DNA of 64,000 nt, from NCBI GenBank assembly GCA_028534125.1, contig CM052818.1, positions 11,410,001 to 11,474,000 on the forward strand. Direction: 5' to 3'. Each line of letters starts with the position of its first letter. The stretch's first letter is position 1. The notes beneath the pieces are model-generated. The model worked only from the letters and a program-made list of their open reading frames with translations. It did not search any database and was not told the DNA's origin. Position numbers and translations under genes: made by a program. This DNA is from Lama glama. Its lineage: Eukaryota. Below are positions 37,651 through 51,433 of this stretch, piece by piece.

Positions 37651-38409
37651 TCACTAAGTACTGTGACATTTCAGTAGAGCCTCAAGGCTCTGGCTGAAGA
37701 ATCCTGGCAACACGTTCCCTCTCTTACACATGTGCTGCTTATCCATGATTCACACTCAGACCACAGTACACAAATTACACCTTCTGGCAAATACATACAT
37801 CAGTCCTGGTAAAATGTGGAGGAAGCCTCCTTCACACACTGAACAAGCCTATGCTCAGAGACTTATGCTCCAACATAGACTTCTGCCATCTCTTTGTCAC
37901 TAGACTGTCAATATTAAGAAGAAAAAATATTAAATACCTACATTTTATATATTTTCAAAAATTTAATGAAACATCATATTAGTCATCTGATAATTCTTTC
38001 TGCACTGGGGAAGTGGTCAGGCATGAAAAGAAATATGACCGTCCAGAGGTATTTCTGTTACATTATGTGTAATTTTTCTTTCCTGAGGTAGGAAGGAAAT
38101 TAGATAGGTCGAATTGATAATTTGGGACTAAATAGTTTCTTTTGAAAACCTCATGTGAGCTACACAGTTAACTTGATTTAAAACTAACTTTCCTATAGAG
38201 ACATTTGGGGAAGGCCCAGTGACCAAACTGCAGACAGCTCCCTGCAGCTGGGCCTTGACAAGTTCATCCCTTGTGAACTAATCTAGAATCCCAAAATCTA
38301 ACCACCTTGGTTTACTGTCTTGACTTCATGAGTCACTAATGCTATGGCTGCAGGGAAACTTTTCTTCAACTTAGCCAATCACATGTTAATATTTTATGTA
38401 CAAAGGACG

Positions 38410-38540
38410 ATAAGTTTATATATGTTACATGCTTACTCTGTACCAACCCTTCTTTGAGTACTTTATATGGATTATTTAGTCCTCTTCATACAGGTGCTCT
38501 TACTATACCCATTTTACAGATGAGGAACTGAGGCACGTAA
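38410..38540 (-). mobile_element. MIR fragment
   Basis: cccattttacagatgaggaactgaggcac. Confidence 0.85.
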
Positions 38541-38741
38541 TGCTTATAATAGCAATAAATAATACAATTCCCACTTTTTTCTTATCCAGATCTTCCAGTA
38601 CATTTCTCTTAGTCTTCTTAGCAAGTTCCATCCAGCCATCACTTCAGCTTAATCTAGGTTCCAGTCTATCCATCATTCTTGATCCTAATCACAAAGTTCT
38701 GTGTTTATTGGCAGTAAAGGAGGATTCATGTTTCATGCACT

Positions 38742-39230
38742 CTATCAGTTATTTAGTTATGCATAAAAAACCACCTTATAAAGTTTTGGATTAAAATTAA
38801 ATGCAATTTTATGTTTGTTTTACCACAATTTTAGAAAAAATTTTAAATTAAGCCAAATTTTTTTTAAAAAGTAAAAACAATTTTATTTCCTTATGATTCT
38901 GTGGATCAACAATTCAGACTAAACTCACCTAGACAGTTTTTCTGCTGGTCTTACCAGGGATCAGTCATGTAGCTCAACAAGGGCTGGGTGATCTAAGGTG
39001 GCCTCAGTCACTTGTCTGGAGGTCGGTGCTGTCTGTCAGTTGGACCACCTGTCTCCAGCAAGTCAGCCACTGCTTCTTATCACTGCAACTGCATTCCAAG
39101 TTCCAATCTGAAAGCACTTTTAAAACCTCTGCTTGCATCTCATTTACTGATGTCCTCTTGGCCAAAGCAAGTCTCATGGTCAAGTCCAGGATCAAAGCTG
39201 GAGAAAACTACACAAGCAATGTAGGGGTCC
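38742..39230 (-). mobile_element. MLT1 (MaLR) LTR, MLT1F-like, with a small A/T-rich insertion
   Basis: tatcagttatttagttatgcataaaaaaccacc..ttatgattctgtggatcaacaattc..ttggccaaagcaagtctcatggtcaagtccag. Confidence 0.8.
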
Positions 39231-40639
39231 AAAACAATCTAACGTGTAACAAACACCTGACGTACTCTTCTTCTCTTTCAAAATGGTCAAAACAACTTAA
39301 GCCCAAGCAGAAGACTGAATAAGAGAAGGAAATCCAAATGTCCTACTAAGCCAAGAATATATCAAATTCTAAATTTGGCATTAAGTTTGAGCCTCAGATG
39401 TAAATGAATACCAAGTCCCTTATCTCCACTGAAATATATTTCTTTTCATAACATGGTTTGGAAAGATGGCCACCAGTTTTGTATTTAAATGAAAAACAAT
39501 ATTTCATTTGAGGACAAAACAACATTGCATATTTTTTACAAGACTCCACTGGATGATGACAATAGCTAATGCTGTATTTTTGCCATGGGAACTTTTGTTC
39601 TACTGAACCACTAAAATTACAATCAGATGTGCTCATCTTCTGTTGAAGTAATGAACAATGGTATGTCTGAGAGAGAAATTCAAAGTGCATCATTTATCTT
39701 ATCCTATTTTCAATTAGGCCGAATAAAGTATAAACTTGGTTCCAAACTACATCACAGAAACAGGGTGAGTAAATTTATTATACCACTGGAGTGCTAATCT
39801 TAGCAGATGGTAGAAAAAATATTTTTAGCATGAAATATGCTAAAGCAATAAATCTGAACAAGGTGGATCTTATCAACTAATATCTCCCCAGTGTGAGGTA
39901 AAACTCTTACATGACAACTCAGCATTCTTATGAACTCTGGTGTATGTGGTTAGATATGGCCCTCAGTGAGAGAGGAGAAAAACAACAAAAATGAGGCTCA
40001 AATAGGAAAACAAACCATATGCCCAGGGCACTGCATTGAATTAAAAAAAATAGAATATGAGGGCTGCACTATGTTTTCAATGCTCTTGAATTTCATCTCT
40101 AAAGTCATGCCTACTCCAGTCTTGTCAGTTCTCCATTTGGGAATTTTCCAAATTGGAAAATTCACAAGAAGACTCTAATAGGTCAGTCTTAGAGTAGAGG
40201 TGAGGACATTGCTGCAGTCACACACTGCTACAGATCACCATTAGCCAAGGAAAACATCCAGTGAGAGAGCCCAGGGAGGGGACTCTTACACACAGGGCTC
40301 TGACTCATGACATCTGAATGAGAGCTCCCAGTCCCATGGACACATTTGGTCCCTGATTCATCAGGGTCCAGCTGCTAAGCCCAAGCAGATGAAATAAGCT
40401 GCTCCTTCGGAGTTGAGACAAGGTGATACTAAAGAGTTTTACTTTCAGAGGAGTATTATAAAATGGAAGACTAAGAAATAATAGAATTAAAGCTGTCATG
40501 TGTTTGCAAAGTCTATCTGAGAGGTAGTTGAACTAGTTATTTTTCAGGGTGATCATAAACTGTGTTTTATAGCCACCTTATATCTGATTAATGTTCATGT
40601 CCCAAGGAAGTGATGTGTTAGAGTAGATTAGATTATGAG

Positions 40640-40780
40640 AGTGGAGCAGTGTTGGCTCTGGGGTCAAAAAACCCGGGATTCATGTCTAAAACTGTCACTA
40701 ATCTCCCATGTGACTTTTAACTCACGACATGATTTTTCTGGGTTTTAAATTATCTATGAAACAAAGGACTTGAACTCTAG
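40640..40780 (+). mobile_element. MIR fragment
   Basis: ggctctggggtcaaaaaacccgggattcatgtc..gtcactaatctcccatgtgactt. Confidence 0.6.
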
Positions 40781-42014
40781 TGTCACTACATAAAGAATGA
40801 GTGTGAAGAAGAAGAAATGAGTCAGAATCACTAGGAAAAGTTGCATCTTAGGTGAGCGACATCAAACAGAACCCAGTGACTCAGGAATCCAGCCATTCTT
40901 CTTAATCCTGGCACTATGTCAAATAATTTGAATTATGCTTCATTCATCCACTTGAATTGCAAACAAACCTAAAAACCATTAAGATGTTGAAGAAATTTAG
41001 TCTGGACAGATTATGAGATACCATCTTAAGTTTATTATACTCTCCATGGTCTATACTTTTCACGGTAATAGAGGTAGATGTTAGAAATTAGTTAAGTGTT
41101 GAGAGAGTTCAAAAGAGACACTAACTCTGGTTGGTTGAAGTGTGTGAGCGGCAGGAGGAGTGGGTACAGAGCTATGTAGGCCACATCTGACTTTTCCCGA
41201 GTGTTCTCCCCTTCTAGATTCCCTCTCTTGAGTCTCTATGACTTCAGGGTTAGAGCAACATTTATAGACACAATCAAAGCATTGCAGGAATGTGTGATTA
41301 GGGTGGGAATAAAACATGTGTGCTGCTGTCCATGGTTCTGGCCATCCTACTGCTGTTTTGGCTGTTTCTCCTGACTAGGGGATACCACTGATGAACTTTA
41401 TCCAGTTTATCTAACATGGTACAAGGGTTACTGAATTAGTGGTGAAAGAGACTAGATCAAAAGGTGTGGATGAAGACTGAGGAAGAGACATAGGCACTGA
41501 GGTATTACAAGGAAGAAAGAAAGAAAAAAATATGCTGGTATTATTTTCAAATAATTACAGGTAACCTAAATAAAACCACAAATTACCATGGCCAAAATGT
41601 GGAACTACTGAAAGAAAATACAACATTTGTGCCTAAAGCTACATAATCATGGAAAATCATGATATAAACAAACACATTTAGGGGAGAAGTGCAGAACATC
41701 AATCTGGTACAATAAAACTCATTGGTTGAATTATATTAAAGAGCTTACAGCTTTCTTTAGCTTAGTATCTTCCCTCTTGATGATATTCACAATTTTATAC
41801 TGTCACAGAACAAACAGAATGGTTACTTATTTTGCATTTCAGGTAGCCAGTTACATGTATGTTTGGCAGTTCTACCATGTTTTCCTAAGTATCCTCTGAA
41901 GAAATAAGCAGTGGTACTTCCCTACACCCCCTCAGCTATGTTTATGTGTCTCTAAGGGAAATGGTTTGTGAAAGAGAATGCCAGCTGCATCCCAATATCT
42001 GTTCTCCCATTTTT

Positions 42015-42467
42015 CCATAGTGGTAGAATATTCAGCCAAGACTCCACAGAATTAAGATTACATTTCACAGTGTCTCAGCAGTAACAGGTGGCCGACTGAT
42101 TAAGTTCAGTAATTGGAATGTAGTGGAAATATCCCTCTGCCATCTTATAGAATCATGTTGAGAGAGAAAGAGACAGAGAGAGAGAGACAGACAGCGAGAG
42201 TATCTCTCCTTTGTTCTATTCTTCATCCCCATCTTGCTGCCTGCATTGCCAATGCCACAGGAGAACACGAAGTTGAGTACTCTAGTCTAGGGCTGATGAA
42301 GTGGGGAGCTGGAAGGACCAGGGAAGAAAAGAACTCTTGGAAAGCCCTAGATTTCTTCTAGATTTCTCTAGAATCTCGTGTCAAAGAGAAATAAGCATGT
42401 ATTTTCCCCCTGAAGCCACTACCATGTTTTTCTGTTACTAGCAGCTGAACGTAATCCTAATTAATAC
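42015..42467 (+). mobile_element. MLT1 (MaLR) LTR, old subfamily
   Basis: tgccatcttatagaatcatg..aataagcatgtatttt..tttctgttactagcagctgaacgtaatcctaattaataca is a typical MLT1 3' end. Confidence 0.75.
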
Positions 42468-45400
42468 ACCATTCATCAACATTTGATGAATGCACAGCAA
42501 ATACTGGCTCATGTACACCCAATCAAAAAAGGAATCTAAAGAAAAATAAACCAACAAGCAAAAGAGTTTCATGAGTTCTTTTTATATGTACATGAAGCAG
42601 GAATCCCCAAATATCTCCAAGCATTGAAACTAGAGTTGCTTTTCATCAAAAAAAATTAATTAAATAGTTTTTCCAAAATAATTTATTTACAACATAGTAT
42701 TTCCTAAGAAACAATTTTCTTCTTCCAGTCTCCTCACTCTCACTCCGTACCCAGGAGAAATAATGTGAGCTTCAAAACAAACCTTTTAAGTGAATGACAA
42801 TGAGAAGCTTGAAGCCTCTATCCACTAAAAATGAGTTAGCCATCCTAGATTTCTAGGCTCCCCAAAGAGATCAGGGCACTCTTTTCCTGGTAATATAGGT
42901 GTGTACTTTAAACTGATTTTTGCACAAAACTTAGTGTTTTCATGCAGCATCAGGAGTGGCCAGAATCCCATTAACTCTGGCTCTTATGGAAATTGCTGTG
43001 ACCCTTATTTTCTACATTTGGACCAACCATCAATTGTCTTTCAATGCGAAAGATGGTGGTGAGCTCTTTGTATGCAGGCAGGCTGCATTCAAAATGGACA
43101 ACCAGTTGAGAACACTTTGCAAAAAGGACCAGAATTCCCCTCCTGGGGCCCCTCCTTTCCCTGTTCTTATTGCATAGAAAACACCAGGAAAGTTTAAAAT
43201 TAATGACAACCAATTGAAAAAGAAAAGGAAATCAAAGAAACATTTATTCCCTGAGATGCAGCCCTATTTCTTTCACCTTTACGTAAGTACACAGACGGAT
43301 TCTGTCAGCTCTGGTTTTTGTGGAGGAGACAGGGTAGGGAAAAGTCCATACACAAGATAGAAAACATATTTTTAAGCGTCAAGAAAAACATTTTACAGTT
43401 TTAAATCTCATATGAATACAGTATAAAGCAGGGCCATTTACTTTTCTCAAATTTGTTAAGGTTATTGACTTTAAAACATGAGATCTTTGGGATTAAATTC
43501 AAATACAAAAGACATACATGACAGTATTTTATGCACGAACAACAAAGGATTCATAATTCTCTCCTATGAGGCTATAAATACTTCAATTCCAATCCACCTG
43601 GACACACGAATAATATGAGTAGCCATAGGGACTGCAGTCACTGGAACAGGCATCCATAAGAGGATATTTGGTGAGCCCACTTCAGAACACCAGCCTAAAG
43701 AGGCAAAGGCATTTGTGCGACAGTCCCCCACAAAGACCCCTTCGTTAATCTATCGTTATTGCTCTCCACCAATTGCTTAATTTCAACTGAGACTTGATAA
43801 TACCTCCAAAAGGGACTGGTATTAGAATGTGTGGGTGATTCAGGGCAAAGACATTCCTATTGTTAGAAAGATAAGGCACAGCATACGCCCTGATCATCAG
43901 AGTGACTAATACCATCTTCCTTTGCATGGGAGACAGAGACCACTGTTACCAGCCAGATGACACTGCTATCTGAAAATTTTGGTCCTGAGTCAACTCTAAA
44001 AGAAGAGATGAGAGCTCTTTCATTGGAAACATTCTCTTTTTCCAAAGGAGATTTTTTTTTTTTTTCCTTCATGGGTTAGAAACAGGAAAGTGATGGGTGT
44101 GAAAGACAAAGGGACATGAATCTGCTGGCATGGCCTATGGGGTAAACGTGGGAAGCAGAGCTCAAGGCTGAAAGGCTGCTTTGTCAAGGCTGCTTCACCA
44201 CCCCTGGTGTGTCTCACTTCCCTCCCTCTTAACAATGTTGGATATTAATCTCACTTGGGATCTCCAAAGAGAAACAGGATGAAACACAGATTTAATGAGA
44301 AACTTGAGAAATGGCTGTGCGACTTCTTTTTCCTTCTCCTTTTCCCTGCCCTTAAAGGGGCTGGACATTTTGCTGAAGAATGTGTGGAAATGGCAAGAAT
44401 TTTGTCACCCCTCTCCCAGTGTCCCTGAGGAATCAGAAAATCCCCCTCCCTACCCAATCTGCATACAGGAAGATGTTAATGTTCTTGTAATTAAAACTTC
44501 ACTTGCAATCCCAGGTCATGTTACACTATATCATCCATTTAACTGTATTGTGATTGATCTGTGTCAACTTTAACTATACTCACAAGGAAGTCAATAAATA
44601 AAGATCAATAGTTTTTTATCTCTTCAGCTTTTTTGTTAGAAAGAATAGATGGGTTAAATAACACCCGCAACAGCAGTGGCACAGAGGCTCCTCTGTGCTT
44701 TCCTTGGTAAAAACTATATTAAAACAAATCAGATTTAAGTTCACAAACAGGATTGCATCGTCATCTGATCTGTCATTAAGTTGCCTTCAGCACTTTTAAA
44801 TGCAAATATTGAAACAAACACAGCTTGCATGTATCTTTCCTCTCTGCAATGAATTCTCTTCACGATATGCCCAATAAACCTCTTATTCTCCAAAATCCCT
44901 AGTTTTTGCAGCTTTGGTTTAATGTATTAATGACCTGTCAAGACTGAGCGATGCTCTGTGGATGAAGAAGGTTCATGTTCAGATGGACAAATGAGTAATT
45001 CTTTGTTCAAATAAGGGAGGAGGAGTCTGGATCGTGCTCTGTGTGGATTCAAAGGTGTTGTGGACAAGCTTCTGGGGGTGATGAGTTGTGCATAGATGCC
45101 ACCAGTCCCAGTGCTACAACAGGGTCCTGAAGGGCTCTACCTTGTCAGGTGTTAACACTTTGGTTGCCAGATCTTGAGAAAGTAGGGACAGGGGCAGAGA
45201 TGAGGGAGAAAGAGCTGGTAGGAGGAAGACAGTGGTTCTAATAGCAGGGTTAGGACCACCAGAGTGATGGCACTTGTGGGATATGGGGAAGAAATGATTT
45301 AACATCCAACAGGGAATGATTTCAGTATTTTGATAACTAGAATGGCTGTAGAGGTATGGGTCAGCAGCTGAACATCAATTAGCTCTCACAGAACTAAAAG

Positions 45401-45729
45401 TAACTTTCATATACACGCAGAAAACAGACCAGAAATGTGACCACCACCAACTTGCCCAGCATGAGAAAATAAGGCTGCCAGAATCCATGATCCCTGTAAC
45501 AGATAATGAGAGGCTGAAACTTTCTGGGCAGTTTTTCACCAGTTAATTCCATTTTGGATAGTGTTTTCATGTAAAAAAGAATTATTTCTCCTATTTACTA
45601 CCCATTCATTACCTCATTTCAGCCTCAAAATAAAAGCATATGAAATAAATTGAGGAAAGTCCCTATCTGTATTCCCAGTTCCAACTTTCTCTTAAGTCAG
45701 AATTGTATGCAGCCGCCTCCTTGTTGTAA

Positions 45730-46450
45730 ACTGACATCCAGATGTACCAATCACACCTAAAATGAATCCTGCTCAACTACATTATCTTCATCTCCAAACT
45801 ATGTTCTCCTCTTGTTCGGGATTTTTAGCAAAAGGAACCCCCACACTCCTAGCAACTCAAGTGTGAAACATACTCATTATTTTTGATTGTTTCCTCTGCC
45901 TTGTTCCTTGCATTCACCAAGCACATGGTGATATCTATTTAATTTATCCCCTTAATTCAATTTGATAAAGAATTTAAGTATCAATATAAAAATACTAATG
46001 AAGAGACAGATCCTCTGTCTTCAAAATGTTACTATTTAGTACGAGGCAATGAGCAAGTACATAAAGAACTGTACGTGACACAATGCATTTATACAGCAGT
46101 GCCATGAGACAGACATGAATAAAACATGATGTCTGCTCAAGAGTGGAGAGGAGTACAGCTAGTTGAGGGTTCAGGGAGACTAAGGAAGAATGGAGAGCTT
46201 GACGAGCAGGGATAAATTATAAGAAAGACAGAGGTGGTGGAATAGAAGGAAAATCCAAGCAGAGATGGAAGAACAGCCTTGAGCAAAGGTGAAGGAATAA
46301 GGAAAGACACATTTGTTTTCAGAAACTAGGCCACCATTTTGGCTAAAGTGAAGAGTTTCTGCAGGACAGAACAGTAATGAGGAATAATACCCCAACGTTA
46401 AAATGAATTCATATTATGGAGAGTCTTGAATGCCAGGCTGAGGATCTGTG
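45730..46450. mobile_element. L2 fragments (plus about 45730-45950, minus about 45955-46450)
   Basis: cagatcctctgtcttcaaaatgttactatttagt, ggaagaacagccttgagcaaagg and atggagagtcttgaatgccaggctgagga resemble antisense L2. Confidence 0.6.
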
Positions 46451-46509
46451 TACCTAACTGAGAGAGCAAGAGGGTGCCTGAAAGTACCTGCGAGCTCAGT
46501 GCATCATGC

Positions 46510-47350
46510 TGCTGTGGAGAGAGGCGAAAGTGCCCTCTTACACATTGCTGGTAAAATACAGATTGCTAAGCTTTTGGGGAAAACACTGCCAATATTTATT
46601 AAAAATAAACAGACTCTTGATCTCAGCAATTGTTCTTCTGGGAATTTGTCCTATAGAAACATCAGTCCACAAGGATACGTACAGTTCAAACACACTTTTT
46701 GGAAAATTGTTTTAAACTGGTAAAAAAAAAAATAATAAAGTGTATATAATCTGAATGCCCAGGGTGACGGCAGTGGGGTGGGGTAGGGATGACTAAATAA
46801 ATAAACTTATATCTCTACATCATGACATAGTATGTAATTAATAATATTCAGGGCCTGTTGACCTGCAGAGCGTCAATAAAATGTTAAAATGTACATTTCA
46901 TATACATATGAAATTATATGTATCACACACATACATGTTATGCATCATATATAATATATACATATACATATATATCCTATTTATGTAAGATAAAAATAAA
47001 AGATCTATATGGTTAAATAAAATGTACATAGATATGTGAAATGTGACCAGTGAAACTAGAGGTTAAGAAGAGAAAGGGATGTTTGTGTATCACAGATTCT
47101 GCAACTGGCCTCACTATGGAAAATTTTGGAAATTTAAAAATGCTTAACTTACAAAGAAATATTAAATAATATTAGTGATAAATACTGTTAGGATGTATAC
47201 TATTAGGAGAAAAAATCAGATTGTAAAATAGTATATATAGTATAAGTCTATCTATATACATGCTTCTATGTACATAGAAAATAGTCTGAATGGGTATACA
47301 CCAACATTAAAGATGCACTTATGTGTGCATTTCTTACTGTTTATTTGCAT
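46510..47350 (+). mobile_element. Old L1 (L1ME/L1MC-like) ORF2 end and 3'UTR with a (TA/CA) tract
   Basis: ctcttacacattgctggtaaaatacagattg..ttgatctcagcaattgttcttctgggaatttgtccta. Confidence 0.75.
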
Positions 47351-48269
47351 TTTTTTGTCTTCTTTTACTCATTAGATATATTTATTGGAGGACTGATGAT
47401 ATCAGACACTATTCTAAGCTCTCTTTTCCTGTTTTGAGGAAAAAGGTCCTATTTGAGTTCAAGTCTGCTAAATGGTTAAGTTACTTGAAGGCAAGTGGGT
47501 TTACTTTCTCATATTCATATAGACCACTACGGCAAGTGTTTTAAATGTGATAGAATCAATAAATATCCACTGATTAACTGAACAAATGAACAGATGAACA
47601 TAAGCAACTTGCTCAATGCCACTGAGCTAGAACGGAGCAGAGCTTGGATTAGAAGCCTTTACTTCCCACTTCATTTCCCTATTGAAGGATATAATTTGAC
47701 TCTTTCTTGGAGGTCTAAAATAGAAATTAGTTACTAGAGGAGTTTGTCTAATCTTTTATGGAGAAGGCCTTCCATAAGAATATGTAACCCCTAAACTCTG
47801 AGAGGATTATTGGTATGCCTGGTCTCCTCAAAAGTGAGCACAGGTGCCAAGGAAATTAAAATCAAATGTCCATAACTAAAACGTAAGGAAATCATTTACT
47901 GTGGTTTTATGTATTCTGAGTAATGTGAATCTTCTTTTTTGTTGTTGACCCTCCCTCTTATCCTGAGTTTTTAGTTCCCACATATAAACAAAACATCTTC
48001 CTGAAAGAGCTTAGATCTATTTGCCAATGGGTTTATGATTCATGTTTATATAGGTTGTAAATCCTTTTTAGGAATTACAAAGATACCTTGCTTTGCTCTT
48101 CCCAAGCTGTTTCTTTTTGCTATTACTTTACATACTGTTCTGTGTGTCCAAGATACCAGAGACCTGAGCATTTGGCTCAGCAAATGTCCCCTCAACATTT
48201 TCTATATTAATGTTGAATACCAGGGTTCATAAATGGTAACAAAACCAACATCCCCTTCCATGTAGGTTT

Positions 48270-48470
48270 TTCTAACCAACTATGAGTCAGGTATTTAACC
48301 CTTAACAAAATCTAAGGAGTGAGCTGTACACAGTGAAGTATAACATCTTATAAGATGAGATGTCCACAACATGCTACCCATTTCACTGAGTGATTGGGAG
48401 TGCCAAATGAATAGCAGAAGTGAAAGCATTTTGTGAAGTTTCAAGCACTGTGCACATATCATGGAGTATT
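48270..48470 (+). mobile_element. MIR fragment
   Basis: catcttataagatgaga..tgattgggagtgccaaatga..gtgaaagcattttgtgaagtt..aagcactgtgcaca. Confidence 0.6.
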
Positions 48471-49739
48471 CATTTGACTAGTGTTCTTTGCTTTGGTCTG
48501 GCTCTTCGTAGTTGACGGTGATGAAAGAAACACGTACCACCATCTGGGGATCTTCAACTCATGTTCCTTTAAATGGTGTTTGAGTGATAACAGCCATATA
48601 ATCTTATAACCAATATAATCACATAATCCCAAGGCCACTCATATTCTAGGGCCACATTCTTCTTTACATTTCCTGATGAAATATTCAAGCCCAGTTCCAC
48701 ACATGGGAGAAGTAGTGCAGTGCCCAGTGCATGTGAGCATTTCCAGGGAGGGAAGGGCTTTCCACTTTCCTGGGTACTCCCACTGATTTCTTTCCACTTA
48801 AGGACCTGCCTCCTAAAACTGCTCCACTTTTCTTGGTCACTCTGTCCATGCGTATCATTTCCTCTGCCCTCTTTGTTTCCCCAAAGAACCACTGGTACAA
48901 AGCTATTGCATGTAACTAACTTTAATTTATAGTTTGGGTAGAATATAACAACCATGGCACAGCCCAAAATAGGAACAACCTAAAATTGAAAACCAAATAT
49001 CATTCATCGTGAAGTTCCTTGGCCATCCTGTGCCAAGAAATATCTTACCAGTCATTTCTTTCTTTAGACACCCAGGCAAAAGTCCCATGCACCTCTCATT
49101 TATTGGCTGCCACTGTAAAAATCAAATTTTATGTTTTTTAACTATGCAGAACTATGTGATTATTTTCTCTTAATTCATTCCAACAATAGATACAAAAGTG
49201 TTTATCTTCTCAAGAAATAGAGCTCCTCAAAGTATTTTCCTGCACAAAAGCATCCTCTACCCTTAAATCTCACCATTCTTAGCAATACAAAGTTTTTTTT
49301 TTTTTTCTTGGTAAGACTCTCAAAGTTTGAATTGTTAGGCAGGGTGGTAGTGGTAGTGATATTATGGAGGGATTTTCACATTAAATGTAACTTTTCTTTC
49401 TTCAAGGAGGAATCTGGAAAGCTTTCAGAGCTGTAGGAAGTCTTGTCCTCTATAAAAGATATTCAGCAAGAAGTTAAGAGGTGGGAGAGGTAGGAGGCTG
49501 GGCTGTGAGCTCCTAAAATGTCCCAAAGTCCCTTATCTCAAGGAATCATAATACCTGGGGCTGCTCTTAGAATCAGCCTCTCTACAGCAATGTCCATTCA
49601 CCAAGATTCCATGGGCAATGGTCTTCTAAAACTCTGCAGCTCTACAGATGGGATATCCAGTGAAGTAGTGAAACCACCTGCGCAGCACAAGTGACTGTAC
49701 TTAGATAGTAGCAAAGAGTGTCATTTTAATTTCCATGGA

Positions 49740-49930
49740 TTTACTTATCATAATAAGGCTCACAATTTTTGAGTGCATACCATGTATTTAGACATGGGAC
49801 ACATTTTATATATAGTCCTTCTGGTCCTCAAGGTACCTATTACATATTATCCTTACTTCTTTCAGACACTTCCCAAGGTCACCTAGCTGGAGAGCAGTGT
49901 GTCTCCAAGGCCCATTCTCTCCCTTTAGAC
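49740..49930 (-). mobile_element. MIR fragment
   Basis: tttttgagtgcataccatgt..cacttcccaaggtcacctagctgg. Confidence 0.6.
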
Positions 49931-50089
49931 CATTCTTAAACCTGTGTATTTCTCAGCTGGGAATAAACTGACCATCCATGCCCGTGTGCCCTTCAACTCT
50001 GGGTCCTATTGCCCAAAGATATTCTACAGGGCAGGGCCCAAGAAGGCATGACTGTCCTCTGTGACATCCACCTTAAAGGCTGAATGCAT

Positions 50090-50290
50090 CCCCCTTTTCT
50101 TTAAAACCATTTATGAATCTGCCATTCATAAATTTGTCCAAACCCTTTTAAAATCCATTTATATATTTCCTGCCAGTATCACCTTTTAGGATAATGAGGT
50201 CCCTCGTTTTATTACCCACTATGTGAATTAGTGTTATCTTTCATTTGTCCTTAACTGACCTCCATCAGGTTCCAGAGGGCACCACCTCCT
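50090..50290 (-). mobile_element. CR1/L3-type LINE 3' remnant
   Basis: aatttgtccaaacccttttaaaatccatttatatatttcctgccagtatcacc..ataatgaggtccc..attacccactatgtgaa..tcatttgtcct resembles an antisense CR1 3' region. Confidence 0.65.
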
Positions 50291-51249
50291 CATTTGCCCC
50301 AGGCTAATGGGCCCTTAACTATCCTTAGATCGTCCATCTAAGATGACAGAGCATTTAGAACAAGAACATGATTGTACCCACAAAGGACAGCAACCAGCTG
50401 GCAAATGCTGGGTGGTGTGGAATTGTCAGAGACCCCTTACTCTTGAAATAAGGTACACAGTGTCTTGGAGGGCTCCTGACGAAGCAACAAGCCTTCAGTG
50501 GTCCTGCCCCAGCACATCTCCTAAGCCCATCAGCTTGAGGGGCTTTCCACATGAACCTCAGCAAACCCTTAAACTGTTAAATAGACTCAGGTAAGAGGTG
50601 AGGTTCGTATAACTATTGAGGGTAAGTTAGGATCATGGTTGTAAAGTCCTTAAGTTGTAGAAAAACATAACCAGATTGTATTCAGACAGAGAAAAAGGTG
50701 ATGGCCCATACCTGGAAATTGGGCACACAGCAGCCCCAGGACCGGAAGAAACCTGTTTACTGGAAATGGAGCACAAAGTCCAGCAAAGCTGATTTCCAGG
50801 CAAATAACTTTTCTTAGACTCTTGAGAAAATTATTATGTATTTGGGCCTGAAAGAAAATATTCTCAGACTGCAGGGAAGGAGAGCAGTAATCTCTTCATT
50901 TAATACATACTGAGTTTATTGAGGAGTTGCAAATCACTGCGGTGTAAACATAAGACAGTTTAATTTTTTCCTACAGCTGCTCCCCCAACTCTACCATGTT
51001 CAACTCTCCTTTCCCTCTGGTTCTCTTAATTAACATCTTGCTCTCTCATAAGTCTCTAGTCTCATTTGGTAGTTAGAATTGTCTCATTTAAAACTTACTC
51101 CTATTTATTTTAAAGTTTTAATCTCAAACATGATTCTAAGTTTTTCTCTCCCCAGCCCAGGCTAGAGCCATATGTGGCCTCTAATAGCTTGAAGTGAGGA
51201 TGAAGAGGTTAAGGTAGGAACATCTGCTCATTACATAACTTCCTTTCTC

Positions 51250-51433
51250 CAGGACCACCGCACACTCCAAGCTGGCAGAGCGCTGCATGACTCCAGGGAT
51301 GCCGTTCACGAAGACCACAGTCAGATAGCACCCCCACCAAACAAAGTTATTCCAACAAAGAGCTTTGTTGCTTTAGTGACATTCCTAAAAATGAAGCAGT
51401 GTACAACACGTACATCTGCTCATGGCCAACTTG
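51250..51433. mobile_element. MER91-like hAT-Tip100 MITE
   Basis: ctgcatgactccagggatgccgttcac..accacagtcagatagcaccccc..gcagtgtacaac resembles the palindromic MER91. Confidence 0.6.

Noticed and set aside
51353..51370. Hairpin caacaaag-ag-ctttgttg as an inverted SOX pair or RNA stem
   Set aside because: Only an 8-bp stem, inside a palindromic MITE; expected by chance.
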